Shown in pieces: positions 23,161 through 36,500 of a stretch of DNA of 64,000 bases (its first letter is position 1; each line of letters begins with the position of its first letter). The notes under the pieces are model-generated. The model worked only from the letters and a program-made list of their open reading frames with translations. It was not told the DNA's origin and did no database searches. The stretch spans positions 45,508,001 to 45,572,000 of the forward strand of contig NC_042998.1 in assembly GCF_006345805.1 (NCBI RefSeq), given 5' to 3'. The stretch comes from Octopus sinensis. Lineage: Eukaryota. Position numbers and translations under genes: made by a program.

Positions 23161-25299
23161 CATAGCAAAGTGTTTTGCATAGAAATGAGGGAGGATTGAT
23201 GACAGGAAGAGTATCAAGCTGCAGAAGAATTTGTGTCAATGCATTCCATCTGACCCAGGCAAAGCATGGAAAAATGGATATTAGAATGAAAAAAAACAAA
23301 ATCTTTCTCTCTCACGCATGTACACACACTAACATGCATAAGCACATACAATCTATTGTTAGTAAGATATAAGAGATTGTATACTAATTAGAAAAACTGG
23401 CTTAGATGTTATGGGAAGGATGCATGTTAAATAGTTAACCGTAACTCACGAAGATATTTATGCTATCAGGAATGAAATACTGTCACGAAAACCATTAATC
23501 ATAACAATGGTATTAACAAGTAACAAGCCTCTATGTGGTCACCCAACATGCTAGAAATAGCAGCCAAATCTTTCTGAAATCAGATCATGCCATCTTAGAA
23601 AAAAAAAGAAGAAAACAAATAACACTGGCTGTGTAGTTAGGAAGTTCACTTCACAACCATGTAGTTTTTAGGTTCAGTCCCACTGCATGACACCTTGGAC
23701 AAGTGCTTTCTACTGTTGTCCAGGTTAACCAATACCTATTAGAGAATTTGAGAGGAGACAGAAACTGTATGGAAGCCTGTCATACAAATGTATGTAAGTG
23801 TCTGTGTCTGTCTCACCACCACTTGACAACCAGTATCGGTTTGTTTTCACACCTGTAACTCAATGCTTTGACAAAAAAGACTGATAGAATAGAAGGTGGC
23901 GAGCTGGCAGAAACATTAGCATGCCAGGTGAAATGCTTAATGGTATTTCGTCTGCCGTTACATTCTGAGTTCAAATTCCGCCGAGGTCAACTTTGCCTTT
24001 CATCATTTTGGGGTTGATAAATTAAGTACCAGTTACGCATGGAGGTCGATGTAATCGCCTTAATACCTATGTCTGTCCTTGTTTGTCCCTTCTATGTTTA
24101 GCCCCTTGTGGGTAATAAAGAAATAGGTATTTCGTCTGCTGCTACGTTCTGAGTTCAAATTCTGCTGAGGTCGACTTTGCCTTTCATTCTTTCGGTGTCA
24201 CTAAATAAGTACCACTTATGCAGGGGTCGATATAATCAACTTAACCCCTTTGTCTGTCCTTGTTTGTCCCCTCTGTGTCTAGCCCCTTGTGGGCAGTAAA
24301 GAAATAAGAGACTGATAAAAAATAAATAACAACAATTTTGAGGGAGGGGGTAAATCGATTACATTGACTCTAGTACTCAACTGGTACTTATTTTCTTGAC
24401 TCTGAAAGGATGAAAGGCAAAGACGACCTCAATGGAACTTGAACTTAGGACATGAAGATGGGCAAAATGTTGCTAAGCATTTTGCCCAGAGAGTTAACAA
24501 TTCTACCAGCTCATCACCTTTTTTGTGTAAATAATATTATAAAATGCAGATATTACTGAAAAAAAAAATCAGATTGAACATATTCTTTCTCAATAAAGTG
24601 ATTGTCAAATAATACTTTGGAAATATTTCTAACGTGAAATATTGATACATATTTGAGAGAGAGGGGAGAAGGAGAGAGAAAGAGAAAGACAGACATTGTG
24701 TATATGAACATTTACATATACACAATTCGGTGAAGAGGATTGTGACAATGATGATGAACCCATGCACGTGTTTATTTGTGTGAGTGTTTAATTGAACACT
24801 TATTTGAATGTGAAAACAGACCCCACATCACCCCAGCAACTTTGACAAGTGCCCTATTTGTTTGATAAATGAAAAAAAACCTTCCCATTGTATTATGTAA
24901 TGTAGTGGGTAGTATATCCGACAGGCATATGCACTTTTAACAATCCTTGGGCAGACTCAGCACAACACAGTGCTTAGCAGGGCTGGACCTTTGAACTAAT
25001 GAGTACAAGCTATCTGATAAGATTTCACAGTTTTTATTTACTAAATTTCATTCATGATGCCTGGGTGTACCCTGAAGCTGTGGCAGATGTTATTTGTTCA
25101 AAGTGCTGAACAGAAGAATTGAACACAGGACCTTGTAATAGTAAACCAAACTTAATCATTGAAGGAGATCTGTGCTTATGTGTTTGTGCACAAAGATATA
25201 ATAAAAGTATTATGTAAGTGGTAGCACAGGTAAGTTGTCATCAGAGGCTAAATATAAGACAGATGTTGTAATTCACACATCTGTAATATGGGAGAGATA

Positions 25300-25795
25300 G
25301 CTGGGATAGTTGACTAGATCTCAAGGGCACGACACAAGAGACATAAGTAACTTGAAAAGATAGAAGAAAGAGAAAATAGTGAGAGTAGAAAAAGAGACAA
25401 AAAATAGGAATTAAAAAAGAATGAAAAGACAATGAGTAGAGATAAAAGTGGGGGGATAAAGGGGAGAAAGAAGTTGGAGGGGGGGGGGGTAGAATAACAA
25501 ATATAAAAACTGAAACACAAAAAATAAAAAGACAGAATAGGTGAAAATTTGAAAGAGAAAGCAAAAGGGGTAGATAAAAAGGAAACAAGAAGCAGGGAGA
25601 GAGAAAGAAGTAAAAGGGAGCAGAGAGAAAGATGGAGAAGTAAGAGATAAAAAAAAAAAAGAAATCGAGCGAGGGGTGAGAGAGAGAGATGAAGCAAAAG
25701 AAATAAAATGCAAACCTAGGGAGAGAGTATATTAATGAAAAGTCAAAGATGGAAGAAAGGGGAAGAAAGCATACAAGTGTGTGTGTGTGTGTGTG
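25300..25795. repeat. Purine-rich (GA) low-complexity tract ending in (TG)n
   Basis: Strong strand asymmetry; it generates the spurious F/L/S-rich ORFs at 25241-25825. Confidence 0.8.
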
Positions 25796-25916
25796 TGTTA
25801 CATAATTTAAATATTGTAAAGTCATTCATTAATGATTAGGAAAAACAAAGGAACGGTTCAGACACAAAGGCAACATAATTTTCAGTCCATTGATTTCTAC
25901 ACGATTGTTTTTAGAG

Positions 25917-26196
25917 CAGCTGTCCCCAACCTTTTTAGCATAATGGACTGGTTTCATGCAAGATAATTTTCCCGTGGACTGTAGGATAACATGCATAGCA
26001 ATACATGATAAAGTGCGTAATTTATAATTTAATTATTGCATATATAATACATCTATAATGCAAAAAAAAAAACACCCTGCAGACTGTGACAGCCAATAAA
26101 ATATCAACAAAACTTTAAAATATTCTTTCTGTGCAGCCTAGTACCAAATGATCCAGGCCGTGTGTTGGTCCATGGTGCAGTGATTGAGGACTCCTG
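25917..26196. mobile_element. hAT (Charlie-like) MITE, decayed
   Basis: Termini CAGCTGTCCCCAACC ... GATTGAGGACTCCTG; approximate 8-bp TSD ttttagag / tcttagaa. Confidence 0.5.
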
Positions 26197-26282
26197 TCTT
26201 AGAAGAGTTGTTACAAACATGTTGCAACTATTAAATAACTTCATTTTAGAGCTGAATCAAAGGAAGAGGTGAAGTACCTATA

Positions 26283-27146
26283 CCGTAAATCCTTTTTTCC
26301 CTAAAATTTAAAGGTCAAAATCCCTAGTGCGTACTATATACGAGGTTAAAAATGAAAAATATTTTCTAAGCAATGTCCAAGTCTCTATTTGCTGTCCGGC
26401 AAATTTCAGACACATTTTGTGACATTGGGCGTGAAAATACCTTAAGCTAAACCTGAAAGCAATGAAGTCATAAAAGAATCATCCATAACATGCAGTAAGC
26501 AACCTTTATTAAACGTTATTACTGTTATTACTTTATTTTCTGCAAACAAAATGCACAAAATAGCTACACATTTGCATTATGTTATATATACAATCTATAT
26601 ATAAAAAGCTGAAATTGTCTGTGTGGCAGGTTTGGTAGTCTTCAACTAACACTATTTCCTCCAAGACCCTGTGGCGCAAGTTGACCAAAATTGAGAGTAT
26701 GATAGAAGAAGGCTTGCTCTTCATTCCGTAAAAGATAAAATTCAAATCGGACCATGTTAACACCAAAAAGGTGCTTTTTTTCTATGAAAATCCGTACTTT
26801 TTATGATTTTTTGACTGCTGTGTCGCCATTTTCTGGTATATTTCAACCAGAAAAATGTTCACTTAAAGAGAATAACAAGCTACATAATGCAAAATTTTTA
26901 CTTTTCAAAAATTCCAATTCTAAAGGGTTGAAACAAACCCGAGCAACGCCGAGTGACACTGCTAGTAATAATAAAGGACATTACCATATACAGTTTTACA
27001 AACCAAGGACATTATATAGACGTCCTTGACTCAAGTTAGAGAAGGAGTGCGTATAATACAAAAGGTTTAGGTTTTTCAGAGGTTCAGCCTTCTAAAAATA
27101 CCCTGCGTATCATATTCAAGGGCGGACTATACTCGAGGATTTACGG
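26283..27146. mobile_element. Tc1/mariner (pogo/Tigger-like) MITE
   Basis: TA|CCGTAAATCC ... GGATTTACGG|TA (10-bp TIR, TA TSD); contains the 26594-26965 Helitron. Confidence 0.6.
26594..26965 (+). mobile_element. Short non-autonomous Helitron nested in a Tc1/mariner-type MITE
   Basis: A|TCTATATATAAAAAG start; CCCGAGCAACGCCGAG subterminal motif; CTAG|T end. Confidence 0.7.
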
Positions 27147-28020
27147 TAAGTCTTACAGAAAGGAAAAGGCAGAAAAAAAAGAAATCACGACTGGTGAGTT
27201 GATGCAACAAGAAGAAGTTATTTTTGAACTAAGGGGTTGATTTAACCCTTTAATATTCAGGTTATTCTGTCAAATGTAATGCTTATTTAGTCACATTGTT
27301 TTGAATTAATCATAGCTTTGAGATATTATGATGTTATTGTATGATGTTGTTGTTTATTTTAACAAGGACATTGTCAGGTACATCTGAGAGGTTGAATATG
27401 GTGAGTTTGAACATAAAATAGATATAATAAATTGGGCTGGATGTAGCCGATTTAACAGTCTAAAGTTCAGATTATTTTGTCAAATGTATTGTTTATTTAT
27501 TCACATTCCTTTGAATTAATCACACATTATTTAGTAGCTTCAAGATTTCAATGGTGCATTTCTCTATCTTGAAAATGGCATTGTAGGATAAGTGCGAGAG
27601 GTTGGATCTGGTCAGTTTTAACATAAAACAGGTAGAATATTTGGGCTGGCTATGGCTGGATTAAATGCTAACAACAGAATATGCTTCATTAAAGACACTC
27701 AATGGTTAGGCGATAGTTTTAAACTAGGTGATGGATTAAGGGTACCAATGTAGAACAGGTGCTACTCATCTCTTAAAGCTTGCATTGAACCAAGGTTATG
27801 GAAGACACTAAAAGGGGCTACACAGTGGGATCAAACACCTGCAACCACTTGTAAGTGTATATTGATGTGCTCATGTACTTGTATATGTAAGTGTTTGAAC
27901 TCAGCTGCATATGCATGGGTATATATGGGAATGTCTGTATATAGTATATACATGGGTAGGCTGATCTCGACCTTAATTTGGTGTCCTTATTATAAAAGTT
28001 CAATCAATCAATCTATCTCT

Positions 28021-28570
28021 CAACCTGTTGCCCTACCTATCCCTCAACCCATCGCCCTACCTATCCATCAACCTGTCGCCCTACCTGTCCCTCAACTCGT
28101 TGTCCTACCTGTCCCTCAACCCGTCGCCCTACCTATCCATCAACCCGTCGCCCTACCTATCCATCAACCTCTCGCTCTATCCATCAACCTCCCTCTCTAT
28201 CAATCAACTTCTCGCTCTATCAATCAACCTCTCACCCTATCAATCAACCTCTCACCCTATCAATCAACCTATCTCTCAGTCACTTTATCAAACAATCAAT
28301 CCATCAGTCACTTTATCAATCAATCAATCAATCAATCCATCAGTCACTTTATCAATCAATCAATCCATCAGTCACTTTATCAATCAATCAATCAATCCAT
28401 CAGTTACTTTATCAATCAATCAATCCATCAGTCACGTTATCAATCAATCAGTCACTTTATCAAACAATCAATCCATCAGTCACTTTATCAATCAATCAAT
28501 CAATCCATCAGTCACTTTATCAATCAATCAATCAATCCATCAGTCACTTTATCAATCAATCAATCAATCT
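28021..28570. repeat. Compound minisatellite (24-bp x6, 20-bp x5, ~28-bp x~10) built on TCAA
   Basis: CAACCCGTCGCCCTACCTATCCAT x6, then CAACCTCTCRCYCTATCMAT x5, then CAGTCACTTTAT(CAAT)nCCAT. Confidence 0.9.
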
Positions 28571-31547
28571 ACCTACATTTATATCTATTTATATATAGTT
28601 ACATATAGTCTTGATAGATTATATTAAAAAATATAGATAGATATTAAAAAATTAGAAATTAAAAAATTAATACTAAATGTCAAAAGAAAATATCAGAAAC
28701 ACATTTACATAATTATTTTAACTATCAAATAGAAGATATAAAATAAGAAAACTAAGTAAACCCCTTTAATCATGTCAACAGGCATGGCTGCATGGCAAAA
28801 AGTCTGCTTCACAACCACGTGGCTCCAGATTCAGTCCCACTGCGTAGCACCTTGGGCAAGTGTCTTCTACTATGGTCTTGTGAGTGGATTTGGTGGACAG
28901 AAACTGAATGAAGCCCATCATGTGTATGTGTGTGTGTGTGTGAGACTGTGAGTGAGGGCGTGTGAGTGAGTGAGTGAGTGCATGTGAGTGAGTGCGTGTG
29001 AGTGAGTGTGTGCGTGTGAGTGAGTGTGTGCATGTGAGTGCGTGTGAGTGAGTGAGTGCGTGAATGTGTGAGTGAATGCGTGTGAGTGAGTGCATGTGAG
29101 TGAGTCTATGCGTGTGAGTGAGTGAGTGCGAGGGAGTGAGTGCGTGTTTGTGAGTGTCTGTGTCTGTTCCCCACCACTGCTTGACAACCAATGTTGGTGT
29201 ATTTACATCCCTATAACTTAGTAGTCTGGCAAAAGAGATCGAAAGAATTAGTACCAGGTTTAAGAAAGAAAGTACTGGGGTTGATTCATTCGACTAAAAC
29301 CCTTCAAGGCAGTGCCCCAGCATGGCTGCAGTCTAATGACTGAAACAAGTAAAAGGTGAATGATAAAAGATATTTTAAATGTTTCAGCAGACTTTTCCCT
29401 ATGAATCTTACAAAGAAATCTCTTTACAGAAGCCAACAGAATTTGAAATATGAGCCCCTTACAATTACAAGCTGAATACTTTAAACACACAGACTATTAC
29501 CTTTAGAAATGTTATAAATAAACTGAAAGCTTGCTATGCTAGTACACCTGTGTAGGTGTGAAACTTTGTAACTGAACTTATTCAACATTTACAATAATCC
29601 CTGGTGTAGATATACAATACAAAATGAATGCAGCAATTTTATCATTTTATTCTCAACTTTTAAACATATATAAATATCTGATGCTGAATATAGAAACCTT
29701 AGATGCATGTATATTTACATATTTGTCAGAGTGGATGATTTATAAATGTATGACCAAATGACATCTTAGTGCCAATACTTCTGTTGTGAAGTAGCACTTG
29801 TTAGACAAGTAATGCGCAATGTAGTGCCCCACAGAATGTCTACATTCACAGAAGCAAATTCAATAACACCTATACATGTATTATTAACACGTAATAAATA
29901 ATCTTCTAATGTTTCAGGTAACATTAAGTATCCAAGCACCTGTATAGAACTATGACATAATTTGTGTGTGTGTGTGTGTATTATTTATATATAATATATT
30001 ATATAATATTATTATATATAGGAGTGGTTGTGTGGTAAGAAGTCTATTTCTTAACTACATGATTCCCAGTTCATTTCCACTGCCTGTCACCTTGAACAAA
30101 TGTCTTCTGCTATAGCTTCGAGCCGATCAAAGCCTCGTGAAAGGATTTACTAGATGAAAACTGAAGGAAACCCATTGCACAAATATATGTGTATGCATGT
30201 CTGTCCACCCCACATACACACTGCTTGACAACCAATGTTGGTGTGTTTACATCCCTGTAATTTAGCAGTTTGGCAAGAGTCCAATAGAATATGTACCAGA
30301 CTTAAAAAAAAAAAGAAAAAATTCTGAGGTCAATTCATTTAACTAGTTTACAAGGTGGTACCCCAGCATGATCGCATTCTAAATGACTAAGACATCTAAA
30401 AGATAAAATTTATATCTATATAAATAAATGAATATATATATATATCTTATATAATACTGTTATATATTTACACACACACCAATTAACCACTGCAAAACAA
30501 ACTAACCAAGATTAGTTTACCTGCTTTCAACAGACAAGTGTTACTATTTCTATGTTTATTTATAACAGATATTGGACTAACTAATACTTTTCTTGGCAAC
30601 CACCTTTGGTTTATTTACTAAAACATATAGTGATCAACAACATTTTGCAACTTAATACCCACCACCAATGCCACCTACTTTTAATTGTGACTACACAATT
30701 TTACTAGGTAGAACAATCACTATGAAGATAATCATATTTTGAAAACAGAATACCATCCTTAATTCCAGTTGTGCTTCCCAAATCATCATCATTGCCGTTT
30801 AAGGTCTGCTTTTCCTGCTGGCATGGGTTGGACAGTTTGATTGAGGGCTAGCAAGCCAGAAGGCTGCACCAGGCTCCAATCTGATCTGGCAAAGTTTCTA
30901 CAGCTGCATGCCCTTCCTAATGCCAACCACTCCAAGAGTGTAGTGGATGCTTTTATGTGCCACTGGCATGAGGACCAGTCAGGTGGTACTGGCATTGACC
31001 ATGCTCAATGGTGCTTTTTACGTGCCACCTGCACAGGAGCCAGTCTGGCGGCACTGGCAACAATCAGGATCGAATGGTGTTTTTTTACATGCCACCGGCA
31101 CAGGAGCCAGTCAACAGCTCTGACAATGATCAGACTTGAATGGTGCTTTTAACTTTCCACTGACACAGGTGCCAATCAGGTGGTACTGTCATCAGCCATG
31201 ACAACGATTTCACTTACCTCAACAGGTCCTTGCAAGCATAGTTTATTAAAGAGTATTTTAAATACTCACTTATAATAATATACATCTATATACCAAGTAT
31301 CAACAGACGGTCACTATAAATCAATAAATTTTATTACCGATCAACATTTATGTACTTATTTGTGTCAAGAAATAGAGTATTTCAAGTTTATCAATCAAAC
31401 GTGTGCAAATATTTCTTTTCATATATTTGCTACATAGATATTTCCATTATGGCTGTGAGGTAAGAAGTCTGCTTCCCAACCACATAGTTCAGGGTTCAAT
31501 CCTACGGCATGGCACCTTGAGCAACTGTCTTCTACTGTAGCTCCAGT

Positions 31548-31804
31548 AAATCAGGCATAGCTGATCATAATAGGCAGAGAACACTATTGGAAAATACAAA
31601 AATTAAAAGAAGCAGCACATATGTTAGGACACAACAACTTCCTGAGCAGATTGAGTGCAGATATGAACAGCATATGAGAACCTGTATTAAGGAAGGATAG
31701 GAGAATATTAGATTTATAAGCCCTAAAATTCACTCCAGAATTGCCTACAGGCATATGGTGTAGTGGTTAAAAGCATGGGCTACTAATCCCAAGATTCCGA
31801 GTGA

Positions 31805-31846
<42 letters not shown>

Positions 31847-32005
31847 TAACAACAACATCAAAAAATACATTAGGAATGAGAACCCAGGTTCGAAATTTCC
31901 CCTAGATGCCTGATGAAGGCTGGAGGGTATATAAGCCGAAATGTGTTAATAACAAACAAGATGAGGACAAATATCCGTCAAATGTAAACAATGAAAATAA
32001 TTCCA
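31548..32005 (+). mobile_element. Penelope-like element 3' fragment: GIY-YIG C-terminus + tRNA-like head + (TAA)n + hammerhead
   Basis: KSGIADH / IIGREHYWKIQKLKEAAHMLGHNNFLSRLSADMNSI*EPVLRKD, then TGGTGTAGTGG A box (31756), (TAA)n and CTGATGA..GAAA (31910-31941). Confidence 0.75.
31905..31947 (+). ncRNA. Degenerate hammerhead ribozyme motif
   Basis: GATGC CTGATGA A GGCT(ggagggtatata)AGCC GAAA TGTGTT; the stem III / cleavage-triplet bases are lost. Confidence 0.45.
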
Positions 32006-32208
32006 CATCTCTTAAATGTAGAAAAGTATTAGATTGTTCAGAAAATAATGGCCGCTTTAAGTGTTGTGTTTTGAAATGCAATTTTATCAAAGTATTTTAA
32101 TTATATTTTAGGCAAATTTCAACACACTTAATAATTGATGTATGCTCTTTAATAATTTTCCACTTATTTCAGACAGAAAACATTCTTGAAGCATAGGGGC
32201 CCTTAATT

Positions 32209-33081
32209 ATGAATATGAGAAAAAAAGACCTTTGCTTACTTTTCATGCATGAGTTTAAGCTTGGGCACAAAGCCTCCCAAACTGCTGCCAATATCAACAG
32301 AGCATGGGGAGAGGGGTCCACAAGTGATTACACAGTACAAAGGTGGTTTCGAAGATGAAGAAAGTAGAGGATGGTCATGCAGTCTTGACAAGGAACAATT
32401 GAAAGCAATTGTTAAATAGGTGTCAGAGAGATGTCTCAGGGATTTGGTGTTGATATTGCAATGGTCTCATGCAATCTGCAGAAAATTAGTAGGATGAAAG
32501 ATCTCAATAAATGTGTACCACATGAACTCAACGAAAATCAAAAAGTTGAATTTTTTGAAGTGTGCTTGATGCTCTTTTTGCGAAACACCAATGATCCTTT
32601 CCTTGGCTGAATAGTCATTTGTAACAAAAAGTGGATCCTTTATGATAACCGTAAATGTTTGGGTCAATGGCTTGATCGTGATGAATCCCCCAAACATTTC
32701 CCAAAGCCAAAATTGTGTCAGCAAAAGATTATGGTGACTGTACAGTGGACTGCAATTGATGTTGTCCATTACAGCTTTCTGGAAGCCAACCATAGATTTA
32801 CAGCCAGAGTTTACTGCAATTGACTTGCTGAAATGCATGCTCACTTGCAAAAAACAAGGCTGGCATTGGTGATTCAGTGTGGCCCATTTCTGCTCTATGA
32901 TAATGCAAATCCACATGTTGCAAGAATGACGCTGCAGAAATTCACAGACTTGGGATACGAGACTTTACTACATCCTCCATATTCTCCTGATCTTTCACCC
33001 ACTGACTACCATTTTTTAAAGCATTTAAACATGTTTTTAAATGATAAAACTTTCAGGTCCAAACCAGAGGTGGAATCAGCT
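32209..33081 (+). pseudogene. Mariner (DD34D-type) transposase relic
   Basis: MNMRKKDLCLLFMHEFKLGHKASQTAANINRAWGEGS, VPHEL, WILYDN, YDNANPH, HPPYSPDLSPTDYHF. Stops and frameshifts present; the first catalytic D (normally in GDEKW) reads CNKKW; 3' end cut by a SINE. Confidence 0.9.
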
Positions 33082-33192
33082 GGTACTCATTTATTGATCT
33101 TTTATGCCAAACACTAAGTTACAGGGACATAAACAAACCAACACCAGTTATCAAGTGATAGTGGTAGACAAACACAAAACACACACACAGAT

Positions 33193-33223
<31 letters not shown>

Positions 33224-35289
33224 ATGCTTCTTTCAGTTTCATCAAGCAAAACCATTCACACAGCCTTGGGTAGCCTGGAACTATAGAAAGACACCTGCCC
33301 AAGATGCCATGTAGTGGGAGTGAACCCAGAACCATGTGGTTAGTGAGTAAACTTCTTACCACATGAATAACATACAATTTTTGAAAATTTAAAACATTCA
33401 TTCACACATAAATTAAATTACAAAAAATACTACAAAATATAATAAAGCCTAGTGTGATAGGAACACATTTTCCCATTGGTTGCAACACCCATCATAGTGA
33501 TCAAGACTGGCTATTTTTTTTTTCCTGAAGACATACACATCTTATTCATAACTGTTCCACTTTAATGATGTTTCCACTCTAGTTCCAGATAACTGCTTGC
33601 TAACTAACTAAAATCAACAGTTTGACCGAGTTACCGATATTGCTATTATAACTAAATATACACACTAAGCAATAATGTGTGTGTGCATGCTTGTGTAACA
33701 AATATATGTACCCCGATACTAAGATTAGTTTTTGAAAATCAGCCAATTCTTAAAACAAACTAATAATTTAGCTATTTTAAGCTGAAGATACTAAACTAGC
33801 TTAATTTTTCTGCTTTGTAGCATATCAATTAAAAAAACAATACTTCTTAAATGTAAAAGGGTTAAATCTATGAATGAAATTTTGTACACAGATCTTCTGT
33901 ATATGAATGGGTCAACAAAAATTCTTCAACTACCAAACAAATGTTCCAAATATACAAGAGAGACAAACTAATCCCAATGTATTCCCCTCCTGAACCCTTT
34001 AGTATTTTAACTGGTCATATCAGGCCCAAATATTCTATATCTTTTATGTTCAAACTGACTGAATCTGGCCTCTCTCACACCTATCTTACAATGTCGTATT
34101 AAAACTAAACGACCAGATTGTCAAAATCTTGAAATTACAAGATACTGCAAGATCAATTCAAAACAATGTGATTGATTAAGAATTACATATGACAGAGTAA
34201 ATTGAATACTAAAGGATTAAACAAAATAAATTTTCTACAAACTAATGAAAAATATGTATTTGAAAATATCCAGCTGCATATTGGTATTTAGATTTATGAC
34301 AGATATTTTTCCTTAGGTAGAATTCAGTGTATGTTATATTCTTTTTATTGTAATATTTAGATAAAAATTTTTTAAAAATTATAAGCATTTCTCCTGTAAA
34401 ATTATGTATTGGTCCTGTCATGTCTGGAGATTATCTTTTTAAGTATGTCATTTGTATGTATATTGAGTGACCGAGTTGCTGCAATTGTACTTGAAAAAGT
34501 TCGTGACTAGGAGTGTTGTAATATTTGTCTATATATATATATATATATGTTGTATCAAAACTTTTTTTTTTAACCTTCTCGAAATCCTAAAAATGCTTTC
34601 AATTGTTCTGCACAAGTGAATACAGTCAAAATATTTGTCTTCACAGTTGATTTCTTTATTATGCTAACCACTAAAATAAATAAGTTCTATTTTCAGCTCA
34701 ACTGAAAGAAACAATTCTATTCACACACAGACATATATATATATACATCGTTCATTTATCATTATTATTCTGTTTGTTCCTCTGTCTATCCCTATTTGCT
34801 AGCATAGTATTGAGTTTTCTCTATGATTGACATTGAGAGCATTTTAGAATCTGGTTTCTCTACCTATCATTAGAACATACTCAATTTCTCTTTCCAAATA
34901 CTATAACCTTCAGAGAGATTCTTTTTACCACTTGCTGTAGCGAAATAAGCTCTATCCTTTAGCTCACAGGCATGCCGCCTGAGATCACTGTCATTTCTAT
35001 GATATAAACTTGCAGTTTTAAAATGAGCTGAATTAAAACTTATCAAGATTTTATGTTAACTTTTGGGCTGTGTCATAAAAACTTTGCTTCCCATCCACAT
35101 GGTTCCAGGTTCAGTCTCACTGTGTGGCAACTTGGGAAAGTGTCTTCTATTATAGCCTTAGGCTGACCAAAGCCTTATGAGTGGATTTGGTAGACAGAAA
35201 CTGAAAGAAGACCATCATATATATATATATACATATATATTCTTTTATTTCTTACTGGTTTCAGCCCGTAGCTGAGGTTATGCTGGTGC

Positions 35290-36500
35290 ACCACCTATAA
35301 TTACTTGGGGTTGTTTCCAGTATTGTTTTTGGTGAAGTAGCGAGTTGGGTGGAGCTGCTCTTCTTTGTATCTTCTGCTGTGATGTGGGTTCATCTGGTAT
35401 CTCAGATAGAAACCTGTCCGGACGTTCCTTGAAAACTTGCACATCAACACCATGTAGATCTCTAAAGTTGCCTGGCAGGATGTTGAACAATTGCAGGCCC
35501 TTGAAACCCAGATTATTGCAGTAATGTGTCCTTATTTTAGATGAGGAAGACGGGATTTTTAGTATGATGCAGTGCCATCCAGTTCGAGGAATGGTAAAGC
35601 TGTCAATTCCAAAATTGCAAGCTAAACCCTCCAAGACCTTCCAAATATATATTACTGCATATCTCTGTCTTCTCTCCGGGGAATAGACTCAACTCCTTTA
35701 GCCTCTCCTAGTAGCCCATCTTTTGCCTCAGGTCAATCTACTTTGTGTATTGGTGCTAGATTGCTTCAAGTTCCAGTTTGTTTCACACTCTCTGGGAACC
35801 ATAGTTGGGAGCAGTAGTCTAAGAAGCTGAGAATGAAAGTCCATAGGAGTAGCAGGGTCTCCCTTTTCCTTATTCTGAATGTCCTCAAAATCCATCCAGC
35901 CACTCACCTGCACAGTATTGCCATGTTGGTAATATGCATATAGAATGTTGCATTATTGCTCAAGTGAACCCCTAGGTCATGCACCAATTCTGTAATCGTA
36001 TTACCTTCTGGTCTGATTTTAGCCTGGTGTTGGACTGATAGTGGAGTGCCTGAAATTTCATAGAATTGATTTACATGTTATGTTTGTTAGCCCATTTGTA
36101 TATTTCATTCAGGTATTTCTGCAGTTTTATGATGTCCTCTGGGTTCCTAACTGTCTGCGATACTTTTGTGCCGTCAGCTTAACTGGTCAGATTGGCTGAC
36201 TGTACCATGGAGGGCACATCTGAGAGGGCCACCATAAATAGTAGTGGCCCCTGTACAGTTCCCTGTGGGACTTCGCTGCAAATGGTGTCTCTTCAGAGTG
36301 AGCACCATTGGCTACAGCTGTCTGTCCCCTATCCTTCAGAAAATCATGCAGCCACTCTCCCACTTTCCCAGTAACACCAATGTTTCACAGTTTATGAAAT
36401 ATCATGCTATGATCAACCTTGTCGAAGGCCTTGGCAAAGTCTAGGTATATCACATCTACAGCTGACTGGTTTAGTTGTTGCTTCACTACCCATAAGATCG
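35290..36500 (-). mobile_element. CR1-group LINE relic (RT plus C-terminus)
   Basis: VDVIYLDFAKAFDKVDH, VPQGTVQGPLLF, *ADGTKV (decayed YADD), WILRTFRIRKRETLLLLW, GFKGLQLFNILP; many stops and frameshifts. Confidence 0.85.

Noticed and set aside
25241-25825. Hydrophobic F/L/S-rich ORFs resembling membrane proteins
   Set aside because: Reverse complement of a purine-rich low-complexity tract.
27862-28627. 248-aa and 199-aa repetitive ORFs
   Set aside because: Translations of a stop-poor minisatellite; no splice or homology support.
28775-29191. His/Thr-rich ORFs (also 38075-38471 and similar)
   Set aside because: Expanded (GT)/(GTGA) microsatellites inside SINE A copies.
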